This document shows positions 46,644-55,994 of a DNA stretch of 64,000 nt, piece by piece. The notes beneath the pieces are model-generated. The model worked only from the letters and a program-made list of their open reading frames with translations, ran no database searches and was not told the DNA's origin. The position numbers and the translations under genes were made by a program. The first letter of the stretch is position 1. The number at the start of each line of letters is the position of its first letter. Source of the DNA: an uncultured Acidimicrobiia bacterium (GTDB lineage Bacteria > Actinomycetota > Acidimicrobiia > Acidimicrobiales > AC-14); the NCBI GenBank assembly GCA_963836205.1, contig CAWIIV010000025.1, positions 25,224 through 89,223 of the forward strand, written 5' to 3'.

Positions 46644-47774
46644 TCATCGGCGGGCGGCGGCGGCGGTGAGTGCCAGGGCCAGGTGGGCGGCCAGGCGGTC
46701 GTAGGAGTAGGTGGTCTCGGCCCAGGCCCGGGCCGCCGCGCCCTGGTCGCGGCGGCGGTCGTCGTCGTCGAGCAGGCGGGCGATGGCCGCGGCCGCGGTC
46801 GCGGGGTCGTCGGGACGGGCCACGACCTCGCCCGTCTCCCCGTCGACCACCGCCTCCGCCGACCCCCCGCTGCGGCCCGCCACCTGGGCCACCCCGCAGG
46901 CGGCCGCCTCCAGGAACACGATCCCGAATCCTTCCTGCTCCAACCCGGCCCAGCGGCTGCGGCACAGCATGGCGAAGACGTCGGCGCTGGCCAGCAGCCG
47001 GGGCTTGTCGGCGTCGGGCACGAAGCCGAGGAAGCGCACCGGCGCCTGGCTATGGCGGACGAGCCGCTCGAGTCGGGGTCGGTCGCGGCCGGCGCCGGCG
47101 ATGACCACGAGCAGGTCGGGGCGGGTGGGCGCCAGCAGGGCCGCCGCCGCGATGAGGACGTCCATCCCCTTGCGGTGCACCAGCCGGCTCATGCTGAGGA
47201 CGATGCGGGCATCGGCGGGCAGGCCGAGGTCGGACCGGGCCGCCTTGCGCTCGGCGTCGTCCAACGGGTGGAACACGCCGGCGTCGACCCCGGGGGGGAC
47301 CACCGCCACCGGGACGGCACCGCCCGTCACCCGCTCGACCTCGGCCGCCGGGTATCCGCCGGCGGCGACGACCAGGGCGGCGCCGGTGAGGACGGGGGCG
47401 AGCACGGCCCGGGCACCCGGCAGGCGGGCGGGGACGGCGAGCTCGGCGCCGTGGACGACGACGGCGTAGGGCAGGCCCAGGCGGGGCCCGATCAGGCCCA
47501 GGGGCAGGGCGGGGTCGAGGACGACGAGGTCGGCTCCCACGGCGGCCGCCTGGCCCCGGATCCACCGGCCGATCTCGGGCGTGGGCAGGAGGACCTTGGC
47601 CCGGGAACGGGCGACCGGGAACGGCTGGGCCGCGTCGAAGGCGTCGGCGCCCGGGTAGGGGGTCGTGAGCACCCGGGCGTGCTCGGGGGGCAGTCGCCGC
47701 CAGAGCTCCCAGAGGTAGGACTGGATGCCGCCGGCCTTGGGGGGGAAGTCGTTGGTGACCAGCAACGAGGTCAC
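46644..47774 (-). CDS. GT4 glycosyltransferase (PimB-like mannosyltransferase)
   Basis: LVTNDFPPKAGGIQSY, SRLVHRKG and EGFGIVFLEAAACG motifs. Confidence 0.9.
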   Translation of the reverse strand: MTSLLVTNDFPPKAGGIQSYLWELWRRLPPEHARVLTTPYPGADAFDAAQPFPVARSRAKVLLPTPEIGRWIRGQAAAVGADLVVLDPALPLGLIGPRLGLPYAVVVHGAELAVPARLPGARAVLAPVLTGAALVVAAGGYPAAEVERVTGGAVPVAVVPPGVDAGVFHPLDDAERKAARSDLGLPADARIVLSMSRLVHRKGMDVLIAAAALLAPTRPDLLVVIAGAGRDRPRLERLVRHSQAPVRFLGFVPDADKPRLLASADVFAMLCRSRWAGLEQEGFGIVFLEAAACGVAQVAGRSGGSAEAVVDGETGEVVARPDDPATAAAAIARLLDDDDRRRDQGAAARAWAETTYSYDRLAAHLALALTAAAARR

Positions 47775-47787
47775 CGGCGGTGTGGCC

Positions 47788-50297
47788 TCAGCGCGGTGGA
47801 CGCCGCAGCCGGCGACGGGGCCGGGGCTCGTCGATTCCCGTCGGCGGGGCTACCACAGGCGGCCCCGGCGGCGGCCGCTGCCGGCCGGTGGACTGCTTCC
47901 AGTCGCCCGCCGGCTGGGCCGCGATGCGCGGCCGTCCACCGTTGCCGGCCGGGGGCTGGCCGCTGCCGTCGTCGCCCTCGTCGTCGCCCGAGCGGTCGGC
48001 GGCCCGCGACGGAGCCGGACCGGGGCGGGCCCGTTCGTCGAGCCGCCGGTCGTTGGGCCGGCGCTCCTCGGGCGGACGTTCGTCGCCCCGGCGGCCTTCG
48101 GGGGCGCGATCGTCGGGACGGCGACCTTCGATCCGCCGCGGTTCGGGACGACGACCGTCCGGGCGCGGCCCTGCCGCCCGCGGCGCTTCCGGACGCGGGC
48201 CGACTGGTCGCTGGCCCGCCGGGCGCGGTCCGGTGGGGCCGGGAGCGTCCGGGCGGGGCCCCTCCGACCGCCGGCCGTCGACCGGGGTCGGCCCGCCTCG
48301 GGTCGGGTCGGGTCGGGGTGCGGGCCGGGGATTGGCCCCCGAGGGGCGTGCGCCGACGGGCCGCTCGGCCCGGCCGGTCGGGGCCGGGCGGGGCACGAAT
48401 GGCGACCGGCTCGTCTCGCCCGGCCGCTCGCCAGATCGATCGGCGGGGCGGGCGGGGCCGTCGGGCGGCGCACCGCCGTCGGGACGGGCCGGCCGTCGGA
48501 TCGGCGTGACCGGCGGGCCCGCCGACTCGGGTGCGTTCGGCTGGAGCCGGAGCGGTGGCCGGTCCGGGGGCGGGGGCGCGGCCGGGGGGGGCGGGCTGGC
48601 GACCGCCGGCGGGGCCGGTCGGGGACGCATCGGCAACGGCGGCGACTCCGGCTGGTTGACCCGGCCGCCGAGCGTGGGGCGGGAGACGACCGGCGGCACC
48701 GGCTTGGGCAGCATGGCCCGGGCCACGAGGGCCCGGCTGGCCGCCACCCGAACGCTGGTGACCTGGGCCACCGCCTTGCGCACTCCGGCGCCACCCGGCG
48801 GCGGGGGCTCCGACGGGTCGGGGCGGGCGGGCGGCGAGTCGGTAGGAGCGGTGGCGGGGGCAGAGGCGGTGGGCTCCGGCGTCGGGGTCGGAGCCGGGGC
48901 CGGGGCGGGGGTCTTCGCCCGGCTGGCGGGGCTGGCAGCCGGCTTGGCGGCCGGGGCACTGCTGCTGACGCCGCCGGTGAGGCCCCGCATGCGGGGCGAG
49001 CTCACCAACAGGCCCCGGGCGGGGGGCGCCGGGCGGGTGGCCCGTCCCGTCGACACGAGCACGCCCTTGGCGGGGGCGGGGGGAGGAGTCGCGGTGGGGG
49101 GCGCGGCCTTCTTCGCCTTCGAGCGAGGCTTGGCGCGGGCCTTGGCCTTCACCGGGGCGGACGCCGGAGTCGAGGGCTCGGGAGTCGGGGGCTCGGCAGT
49201 CGTGGCCTTGCCGGCCGCAGACCGGCGCCCGGGGGCGGTCGTTGCAGCAACAGCGGGGGTGTCGGGGCCGGCCGGGCTCGTGGCCGAGGAGCCGTCGGCC
49301 GCCTCGGCGGCGTCGCCGGCGCCGGGGGCACGGGCGTCGGCGGCGTCGGCGGCGTCGGCGGTCGAGGCGGTCGGGGCTTCGGCCTCGTCCGCGTCGTCCT
49401 CAACGTCCTCGTCGTCGTCGGTCAGGCCCTCGATCTCGACCGACGAGCCCACCTGCAGCTCGCCGTCGTCCTCGAGGTCGTCGTCGTCCTCGTCGCTCTC
49501 GTGTCGGTCTCGTCGTCGGTCTCGTCGTCGGCGGCGGCCGCTTCGACAGCCCGCCGGGCAGCCGCCTTGGCGGCCCGGGCCGACGGCGGCCGGGCAGCAG
49601 CAGCCTCCTCCTCGGCCGGCTCCGGCGGCGGCCGGCGAAGACGGGCACCGGGCTCGACGTAGCCCAGCTCGGTGGCCACCTTGTTGCGAGCCACCAGCTC
49701 GCCGCTGCCGACGTCGAGCTCCCAGCGTGCTTCCTGGGCCCTCCCCCGCGATCGGTAGGAGAAGCGGATCATCCACACCTGGTCGTGCAGCTGGTACGCC
49801 GTCCATGAGCCGTCGAAGACGTCGTCGGGCACCCGGGCGCCGCGGTCGAGCAGGTTCCAGGCCACCGACTCGTCGAGGGGGAGGCTCGATCCGCCGCCCT
49901 TGGGGTTGGAGTAGACGAGGGTCCGGGCCAGCTCCACCACCTGGGCCTGCTCGGCGAGGATCGGCACCGCGAAGCGCTCGACCCACTCGACCTCGACGTC
50001 GGCCTCCTCGGCCACGTCCTCCACCGATCGGCCCGCCCGCAGCCGGGCCTGCATCTCCCGGGGCGTCAGCAGCCCCCGGCGGCGGGTCTGCGATCCCGGC
50101 CCCGGCGTGTACTCCCCGCCCGGGCGCACCTGGGGTCCGTCGTAGGCGCCGTTGGGACGACCCTGGGCCTTGGCGATCGCGTTGAGGACCTCGGCGTCGA
50201 GGGCCACGACGTAGCCGCCCGAGTCGGAGCCCCTGCGCGCCGTGAAGATGAGCCCCTTTTGGTCGGTTGTCAGCCCGACAAGATGGAGCTTTCGCAC
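47788..50297 (-). CDS. sepH: SepH (DUF3071) septation protein with very long acidic and Pro/Arg C-terminus; 1-nt frameshift near 49502
   Basis: LTPREMQARLRAGRSVEDVAEEA...VERFAVPILAE HTH; the acidic tract DDETDDETD continues as ESDEDDDD in the other frame. Confidence 0.8.
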
Positions 50298-50529
50298 ACG
50301 CGCTCCCGACGCCCCTGAGGTGGCCCAGCCGGTCAGGGCCCTTCGTGGTGACGGTAGCACCGGCCTCGTGCTCCAGAGCGGACCCCCGATCGCACAGTGG
50401 CCACGGCCGCCCGAACGCCAGGTCCCGCGTCACGGTGTCGGCCGCCCGACGGGTGCTGGCGGCGGCCGGGGCCCCGAGGGGCTGGCGGCGGCCCGTGTCG
50501 GCCCCCGACGGGTGCTGGCGGCGGCCGGG

Positions 50530-50718
50530 TCAGCCGGGTCGGCGCAGCTGCCGGAGCGGCGGCAGCAGGCCGACCTCGGTCAGCAGACGCACCGCCCGGG
50601 CCTCGGCCACGTCGATCACCACCGCCTCGTGGGGCTCACGCCCGCAGATGAACGTGACCACGCAGTCGTCGCAGGCGGACGTCCGCTGCATCACGCAGTC
50701 GTCGCAACTGATCTCCAT
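50530..50718 (-). CDS. Small Cys-rich conserved protein (62 aa)
   Basis: MEISCDDCVMQRTSACDDCVVTFIC...LLPPLR. Confidence 0.8.
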   Translation of the reverse strand: MEISCDDCVMQRTSACDDCVVTFICGREPHEAVVIDVAEARAVRLLTEVGLLPPLRQLRRPG

Positions 50719-50726
50719 GAGCCCGC

Positions 50727-50748
50727 ACCCTACGGATGGGCTGAGACA
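50727..50748 (-). promoter_or_regulatory. RecA-NDp/PafBC-like promoter
   Basis: TGTC-N12-TAGGGT-N8-ATG. Confidence 0.5.
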
Positions 50749-50851
50749 GTTACCCGGGAGGGGCCGAACCCCCGCGGGGGTGTGCCGATCAGCCGGCCCA
50801 CGGGGGGGCGGCGGCTCGGGTTTCGACAGCCCTCCCGCGCCCAGCGGCTCT

Positions 50852-52342
50852 TCAGAATGAGCGGGCGGCGAGGGTGATAAAGAGGCCGCCCAGGAGGTTG
50901 GCCAAGGCGTCCAATCGGGGGTCGAGGGGGGTGGCGACCTGGTTGCCGAACGACGGTCCGTGGCGGATGTCGAGGACGGGCACGCGTTCGTTCTTGAAAC
51001 CGAGGTCGGCCGTCCCGTCGCTGTTGAAGTCGGTCGCCACCACCTGGTAGCCGGCGCCCGAAACCCCCGGGAAGGTGGCCCGTCCCCCGAAGGTGGGGGC
51101 CATGTTGACCGAGATGACACCGGTGCCGGTATGGCGCAAACCGAGGTCGGCCATGCGGTCGCCGTTGAAGTCGGCGGCCATCGGCTGGTACTCGGTGCCG
51201 GCCACCGACTGGAAGGTGCTCTGGCCCTCGAACGCGGGACCGTTCTTCATGGTGAACAGGCCCGTCGCCGTGTCCCGCAACCCGATGTCGGCCAATCGGT
51301 CGGCATTGAAGTCCCCCGCCAGGACCTGGAACTGTGCCCCGGCCGCCCACGGGAAGATGACCTGGTCGGCGAATGCGGGACCGTGCTTGACGAAGAAGGT
51401 TCCGGTGCCGGAGTCCCGCAGTCCGAGGTCGGCCATCCGGTCGGCGTTGAAGTCGGCGGCAAAGCCCTGGTAGCCCGCCCCTGAGGCCCACGGGTACGTG
51501 GTCTGTTGGGCAAACGACGGCCCGTAGCGAAGGGTGAAGACGCCGGTGCCGCTATTCCTGAATCCGATGTCGCCCACGCCGTCGCCGTTGAAGTCGGCGG
51601 CCACCAGCTGCTCGGGCGCGGTGGCGGCCACGGGCTTGACCGCGGTGACCCCATTCGTCACAGTGGCCCCAATGGCACCAGCGACCTCACCGACAACGCC
51701 GCAAACGGTGCCGTCGCTGGCGGCCAGGCCCGACCCCCACGGCATGCCCTTCCAACCGGAGAACCCCCACGCGTCGGGGTACGAGACGAGTTGGGCGCCT
51801 CGGCACGCCTTCATTGGACCGGGATCGCGGGATCCGGACGAGCCAAATCGTCCGGCGGAAGTCTCCTCATAGTGGAGATGGGGGGTATTCGCCCCCCCGC
51901 TCGACCCGATTCTGCCGATCATGTCGTTCTGATCGACCCATCGACCTCCCGAGACGAGGACCTCGCTCAGGTGGGCGTAAAGGCTCTTCACATCGTTGCC
52001 GTGGTCGACCACGACCGCGTTCCCGTAGCCCTCGAATCCGCTACCGGTCACGTCGGTGGCGAAGCCGGCCCCGGCCGCATACACCGGCGATCCGGTGGGG
52101 CCGAGGAAGTCGATCGCCCAATAGCCGTGGTGGCCGGCGCACAAACCGTCGGACGACACATACGTGCATCCGACGGTGATCTCGCCCCCGCCGACGTCGT
52201 GGCGGAGGGGCAGCCACTCGGGGGCGCCGTACTGTCCCGGGACGGCTCCCAGAGCCGTCGGGGCGACCACCGCCGCCCCCAGAACGAGGCACAGCGCGCC
52301 CGAACATCGGGCAGCAACACGACGGCCGGCCAAGCTTCTCAA
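50852..52342 (-). CDS. Secreted M23 peptidase with C-terminal FG-GAP/VCBS repeats
   Basis: HHGYWAIDF, YGNAVVVDH, YAHLS and PHLHYE motifs; five xDFNxD repeats. Confidence 0.88.
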   Translation of the reverse strand: MRSLAGRRVAARCSGALCLVLGAAVVAPTALGAVPGQYGAPEWLPLRHDVGGGEITVGCTYVSSDGLCAGHHGYWAIDFLGPTGSPVYAAGAGFATDVTGSGFEGYGNAVVVDHGNDVKSLYAHLSEVLVSGGRWVDQNDMIGRIGSSGGANTPHLHYEETSAGRFGSSGSRDPGPMKACRGAQLVSYPDAWGFSGWKGMPWGSGLAASDGTVCGVVGEVAGAIGATVTNGVTAVKPVAATAPEQLVAADFNGDGVGDIGFRNSGTGVFTLRYGPSFAQQTTYPWASGAGYQGFAADFNADRMADLGLRDSGTGTFFVKHGPAFADQVIFPWAAGAQFQVLAGDFNADRLADIGLRDTATGLFTMKNGPAFEGQSTFQSVAGTEYQPMAADFNGDRMADLGLRHTGTGVISVNMAPTFGGRATFPGVSGAGYQVVATDFNSDGTADLGFKNERVPVLDIRHGPSFGNQVATPLDPRLDALANLLGGLFITLAARSF

Positions 52343-52511
52343 AACCCCATCCCCCCCGGGAATCGATGGTCACGCCGCCGAGGCGAGAGAGGCTACTGTC
52401 CGAATCCTGAACGGCGCCATTCGGATGGCGGACGGCAGGTCCAGCGGACGCCGGCCACGACTGCGGCAGGCGATTTCACGAATCCCGGACGGCGGGATTT
52501 CGGGGAGTCGG

Positions 52512-54029
52512 TCAGCGGTGCAGGACGGAGAGCAGCTGGGGTGACGAGATGACGTTGGCGCCCGACAACCGGGCCCCCGCCTGCACCCGGCGATCGCTCG
52601 ATGCCACCACCACGGGACGGAAGGGGCGAAGCTCGGCCACCCGGGCGATCACCACGTCGTCGGCCTCCACGCCCGGTGGCGAAAACACCACCCGCACGGG
52701 GCGGGCCGTGCCCGGCACCACGCCCGGATAGGCGATCTCGGCGCCGTCGAAGACCACCGCCACCTCCGCGCCCGTGCGGGCCGACAGCTCGGCCAGGGCG
52801 TCGACCAGCCGCTGGCGCTGCTCGGCGAGGGGCAGCTCCGGCCACCACAGCAGCGAGACGTTGTAGCCGTCGACCAGCAGCACCACGCCGGGGACCCGCA
52901 CCAGGTGCTCGGCCGCCTCCACCGAGTCGTCGAAGATGCCCGGCGGCAGCGGAACCGGCTGGGGGACGGGGGGACGGACCCGGCGCACGGCCCGGGCCCG
53001 CCGGACCGGGGGCGGGTCCGGGGAATCGGCGGGCGGCGGCGCCTTCGCAGCCCCTCCTTCGGGACCCACGCCCGCCCCGGCCTCGACCGCCGGCTTCAAC
53101 GACGACGCCACCGCGGCCAGCGCCGTCGCCAGCGAGGAAGCCGCCTGGGCCGCCTCGTCGAGGGCGGCCGCCGCCCCGACGGTGTCGATCGGCGGCGGAG
53201 ACGGGGAATGACCGGTCGCAAGCGGGTCCGGCGGCGCCACCCGTGCGACGGCGGCGGCAGCGGCGGCGGCGCGCTCCTCCGCCGCCGCCTGCCGTTCGAC
53301 CACCGCCGCCTCCGCCGCCGCCAGCTCGGCCGCCTGGATCTGGTCGAGGGCGAAGCGCAGCTCGGCGACCAGCCGTCCCCCCTCCTCCGACTCGGCGGCC
53401 GCCTTCCTGGCCGCCTCCTTGGCCCGGTCACGCTCGACGGTGACCTGGGCCAGGCGCCGCTCCAGCCGGGTGAGGTCGTCGGCCGCCGCCCGCCGGGCCT
53501 TGCGCTCGTCGGCCAGCGCCGCCACCGCCCGGGTCGCCTCCGCCTCGGCCGCCGCGGCCGCGTCCTCCGCCCGTTGACGGGCCGCCTCCGCCCCCGCCAA
53601 CCGCTTGCGGGCGTCGCCTTCCGCCCGCCGCTCGCTGGCCGCCGCCCCCGCGTCCTCGGCGTCGGCCAGCAGGGCGGCCAGCTCCTCCTCCCAACCCTCG
53701 GGACGGGCGAGGTAGATCCACCCCGACCGGCCGACTTCGCTCTCGGTGACCGCATCGAGCACGCGGGCCCGGAACTCGTCGTCGGCGTCGAGCACCCGGC
53801 GCGCCGCTACGAGCGCGGGACGGGGCAGCTTGGCGAAGTGGAGGAACGGCCGCAGGGCGGGGGGCGGGGGCTCGATAGGGGTGGCCTCCTCCCCCGCCTT
53901 GGCCACGGCCACGGCCGCTTCCAGGGCGGGACGGAGCAGGCTGTCGCCGGCGGGGCTCAGCCCCCTCGACGCCGCGGGGCTCGAATCCGCGTGGCTCGAC
54001 CCGGCCGCGCTGGAGGCGCTCTGGCTCAC
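52512..54029 (-). CDS. NYN (YacP-like) ribonuclease domain protein with coiled coil
   Basis: LLVDGYNV, VVFDG, ADDVV and VASSDRRV motifs. Confidence 0.9.
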   Translation of the reverse strand: MSQSASSAAGSSHADSSPAASRGLSPAGDSLLRPALEAAVAVAKAGEEATPIEPPPPALRPFLHFAKLPRPALVAARRVLDADDEFRARVLDAVTESEVGRSGWIYLARPEGWEEELAALLADAEDAGAAASERRAEGDARKRLAGAEAARQRAEDAAAAAEAEATRAVAALADERKARRAAADDLTRLERRLAQVTVERDRAKEAARKAAAESEEGGRLVAELRFALDQIQAAELAAAEAAVVERQAAAEERAAAAAAAVARVAPPDPLATGHSPSPPPIDTVGAAAALDEAAQAASSLATALAAVASSLKPAVEAGAGVGPEGGAAKAPPPADSPDPPPVRRARAVRRVRPPVPQPVPLPPGIFDDSVEAAEHLVRVPGVVLLVDGYNVSLLWWPELPLAEQRQRLVDALAELSARTGAEVAVVFDGAEIAYPGVVPGTARPVRVVFSPPGVEADDVVIARVAELRPFRPVVVASSDRRVQAGARLSGANVISSPQLLSVLHR

Positions 54030-54253
54030 CCGCTCGCGGTCCAGGGGGCTTCCGCCAGCTCCTCGACTGCCGTTCCCGACCCGCACCACCGGCAGGAAAC
54101 CTCCTCGACGGACTCGGTGAGCACCTCTTCGTCCTCTACCGACAGCTCGCCCCCCAACGAATAGTGGTGGAAGGCGCGGGTGCGACGGGTGGTGGTGACG
54201 TCGAAACGAGTGCGGTTGCCGCAGGCGGCACAGCGATACAGGACAGTCGGCAC
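54026..54253 (-). CDS. Small Zn-ribbon conserved protein
   Basis: RCAACGNRTRFDV...CRWCG; GTGA overlap with the NYN gene. Confidence 0.85.
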   Translation of the reverse strand: MPTVLYRCAACGNRTRFDVTTTRRTRAFHHYSLGGELSVEDEEVLTESVEEVSCRWCGSGTAVEELAEAPWTASG

Positions 54254-54287
54254 GTCGAATTCTACCCCCGGTGGGCAAGGCAAAGGC

Positions 54288-54316
54288 TTGAACGTCGAAC
54301 GTGTGTTCGCTACGGT
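54288..54316 (+). promoter_or_regulatory. Leaderless SOS promoter with LexA box
   Basis: TTGAAC-N17-TACGGT-N6-ATG; TCGAAC-GTGT-GTTCGC at 54295-54310. Confidence 0.85.
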
Positions 54317-54322
54317 CGCCGG

Positions 54323-55978
54323 ATGCAGCGGTCCTTCGACGACCTGGGCACCCCGCTGGCCCAGGTCACGTTCTGCGTCCTCGACCTCGAAACCACCGGC
54401 GCGGCCCCCGACACCTGCAAGATCACCGAGGTCGGGGCCATCAAGGTCCGGGGCGGCGAGTGCCTCGGCACGTTCGAGACCCTGGTCAACCCCCAGACCG
54501 AGATCCCCTTCTTCATCACCGTGCTCACCGGGATCACCCAGTCGATGGTGATCCCCGCGCCCACTATCGGCGAGATCCTGCCCAACCTGCTCGAGTTCGC
54601 ACGCGACACGGTGATCGTCGGCCACAACGTCCGCTTCGACATCAGCTTCCTCCAGGCCGCGCTCGCCGCCGAGGGCTACCCCCGGCTCGGCCACCAGTGG
54701 GTCGACACCTGTGCCCTGGCCCGACGGCTGGTGCGCGACGAGGTGCCCGACTGCCGGCTGTCCACCCTGTCCGAGCGCATGCGCCTGCCCCACCAACCCT
54801 GCCACCGGGCCATGGCCGACGCCATGGCCACCACCGACCTGCTCCACGCCCTCCTCGAGCGGGCCGGCACCATCGGCGTCCTCGGCCTCGACGACCTCTT
54901 CGAGCTGCCCACCATCCGGGCCCATCCCCAGGTGGGCAAGCTCAAGCTCACCGCCCGCCTGCCCCGCGCCCCAGGCGTCTACCTGTTCCGGGGCCTGGGC
55001 GGCCGGGTGCTCTACGTCGGAAAGGCCACCAACCTGCGGGCCCGGGTGCGCTCGTACTTCGGGGGCGACGAGCGCCGCAAGATCTCCCAGCTCCTGCGGG
55101 AGACGGAGTCGATCGACCACATCGTCTGCTCCGGACCGCTGGAGGCGGCAGTGCTCGAGGTGCGCCTGATCCACCGCCACCTGCCGCCGTTCAACCACCG
55201 CTCCAAGCTGTGGTCCCGCTACGCCTACCTCAAGCTCACCCTCAACGAGCGCTTCCCCCGCCTGTCGGTGGTGCGCACGGTGAAGGCGGGCGACGGCTGC
55301 CTCTACCTGGGCCCCCTGTCGTCGACGGGTGCGGCCCGGCAGGTGGCCGAGGCCATCGAGTCGGCCGTCCCCCTCCGGCGGTGCGCGGCCCGGCCCCCGG
55401 GCAAGGCGGGCACCGCGGCCCGCCCCGCCATGTGCACCGCGGCCCAGTTGGGGGTGGCCGTGTGCCCCTGCGCGGGCGGGGTCACCGAGGCCGACTACGC
55501 GGTGCTGGTCGAACGGGTCGTGCGGGGGCTCACCGTCGACCCCGTCATCCTGTTCGAGCCCCTCGAGGCCCGCATGCGCGACCTGGCCTCGGCCGAGCGC
55601 TTCGAGGAGGCGGCCGACGTCCGCGACCGGGCGTCGGCCCTGGCCCGGGCCCTCACCCGCCACCGCCGCCTCGACTCGCTGCGCCGGGCGGGCCGGGTCG
55701 AGCTCGACGTCGACGGCAGCCGGGTCGTCCTCGCCGGCGGCCGCCTGTCACCGAGCGGTCCCCTCGCCCTCTTCGACGCCGACAACGCCACCGGTGAGGC
55801 CGAGCCGGCGCTCGAACCCGGCTCGCCGCTCCCCCGCCACCTGGTCGACGAGGTCGCCTGCGTGGCCGCCTGGCTCGACGCCGAAGGACGCTCCGCCCGC
55901 CTGGTCTCGTGCGAGCAGCCGTGGACGTCGCCCCTCCCGGTCCTCCCCCGCTACGAGCCCGGCCGCCCCGGCCGGTAG
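54323..55978 (+). CDS. DEDD exonuclease fused to GIY-YIG/UvrC-like endonuclease
   Basis: VLDLETTG, GHNVRFD, HRAMADA; PGVYLF...YVGKATNLRARVRSYF; UVR domain RFEEAADVRD. Confidence 0.93.
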   Translation: MQRSFDDLGTPLAQVTFCVLDLETTGAAPDTCKITEVGAIKVRGGECLGTFETLVNPQTEIPFFITVLTGITQSMVIPAPTIGEILPNLLEFARDTVIVGHNVRFDISFLQAALAAEGYPRLGHQWVDTCALARRLVRDEVPDCRLSTLSERMRLPHQPCHRAMADAMATTDLLHALLERAGTIGVLGLDDLFELPTIRAHPQVGKLKLTARLPRAPGVYLFRGLGGRVLYVGKATNLRARVRSYFGGDERRKISQLLRETESIDHIVCSGPLEAAVLEVRLIHRHLPPFNHRSKLWSRYAYLKLTLNERFPRLSVVRTVKAGDGCLYLGPLSSTGAARQVAEAIESAVPLRRCAARPPGKAGTAARPAMCTAAQLGVAVCPCAGGVTEADYAVLVERVVRGLTVDPVILFEPLEARMRDLASAERFEEAADVRDRASALARALTRHRRLDSLRRAGRVELDVDGSRVVLAGGRLSPSGPLALFDADNATGEAEPALEPGSPLPRHLVDEVACVAAWLDAEGRSARLVSCEQPWTSPLPVLPRYEPGRPGR

Positions 55979-55994
55979 CCCGACTGGGTTGGAC

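Noticed and set aside
47780-50185. 801-aa and 645-aa plus-strand ORFs
   Set aside because: Antisense shadows of the GC-rich, low-complexity sepH; no motifs
52343-52511. Riboswitch upstream of the M23 peptidase
   Set aside because: Only short hairpins; no c-di-AMP or other aptamer consensus recognised
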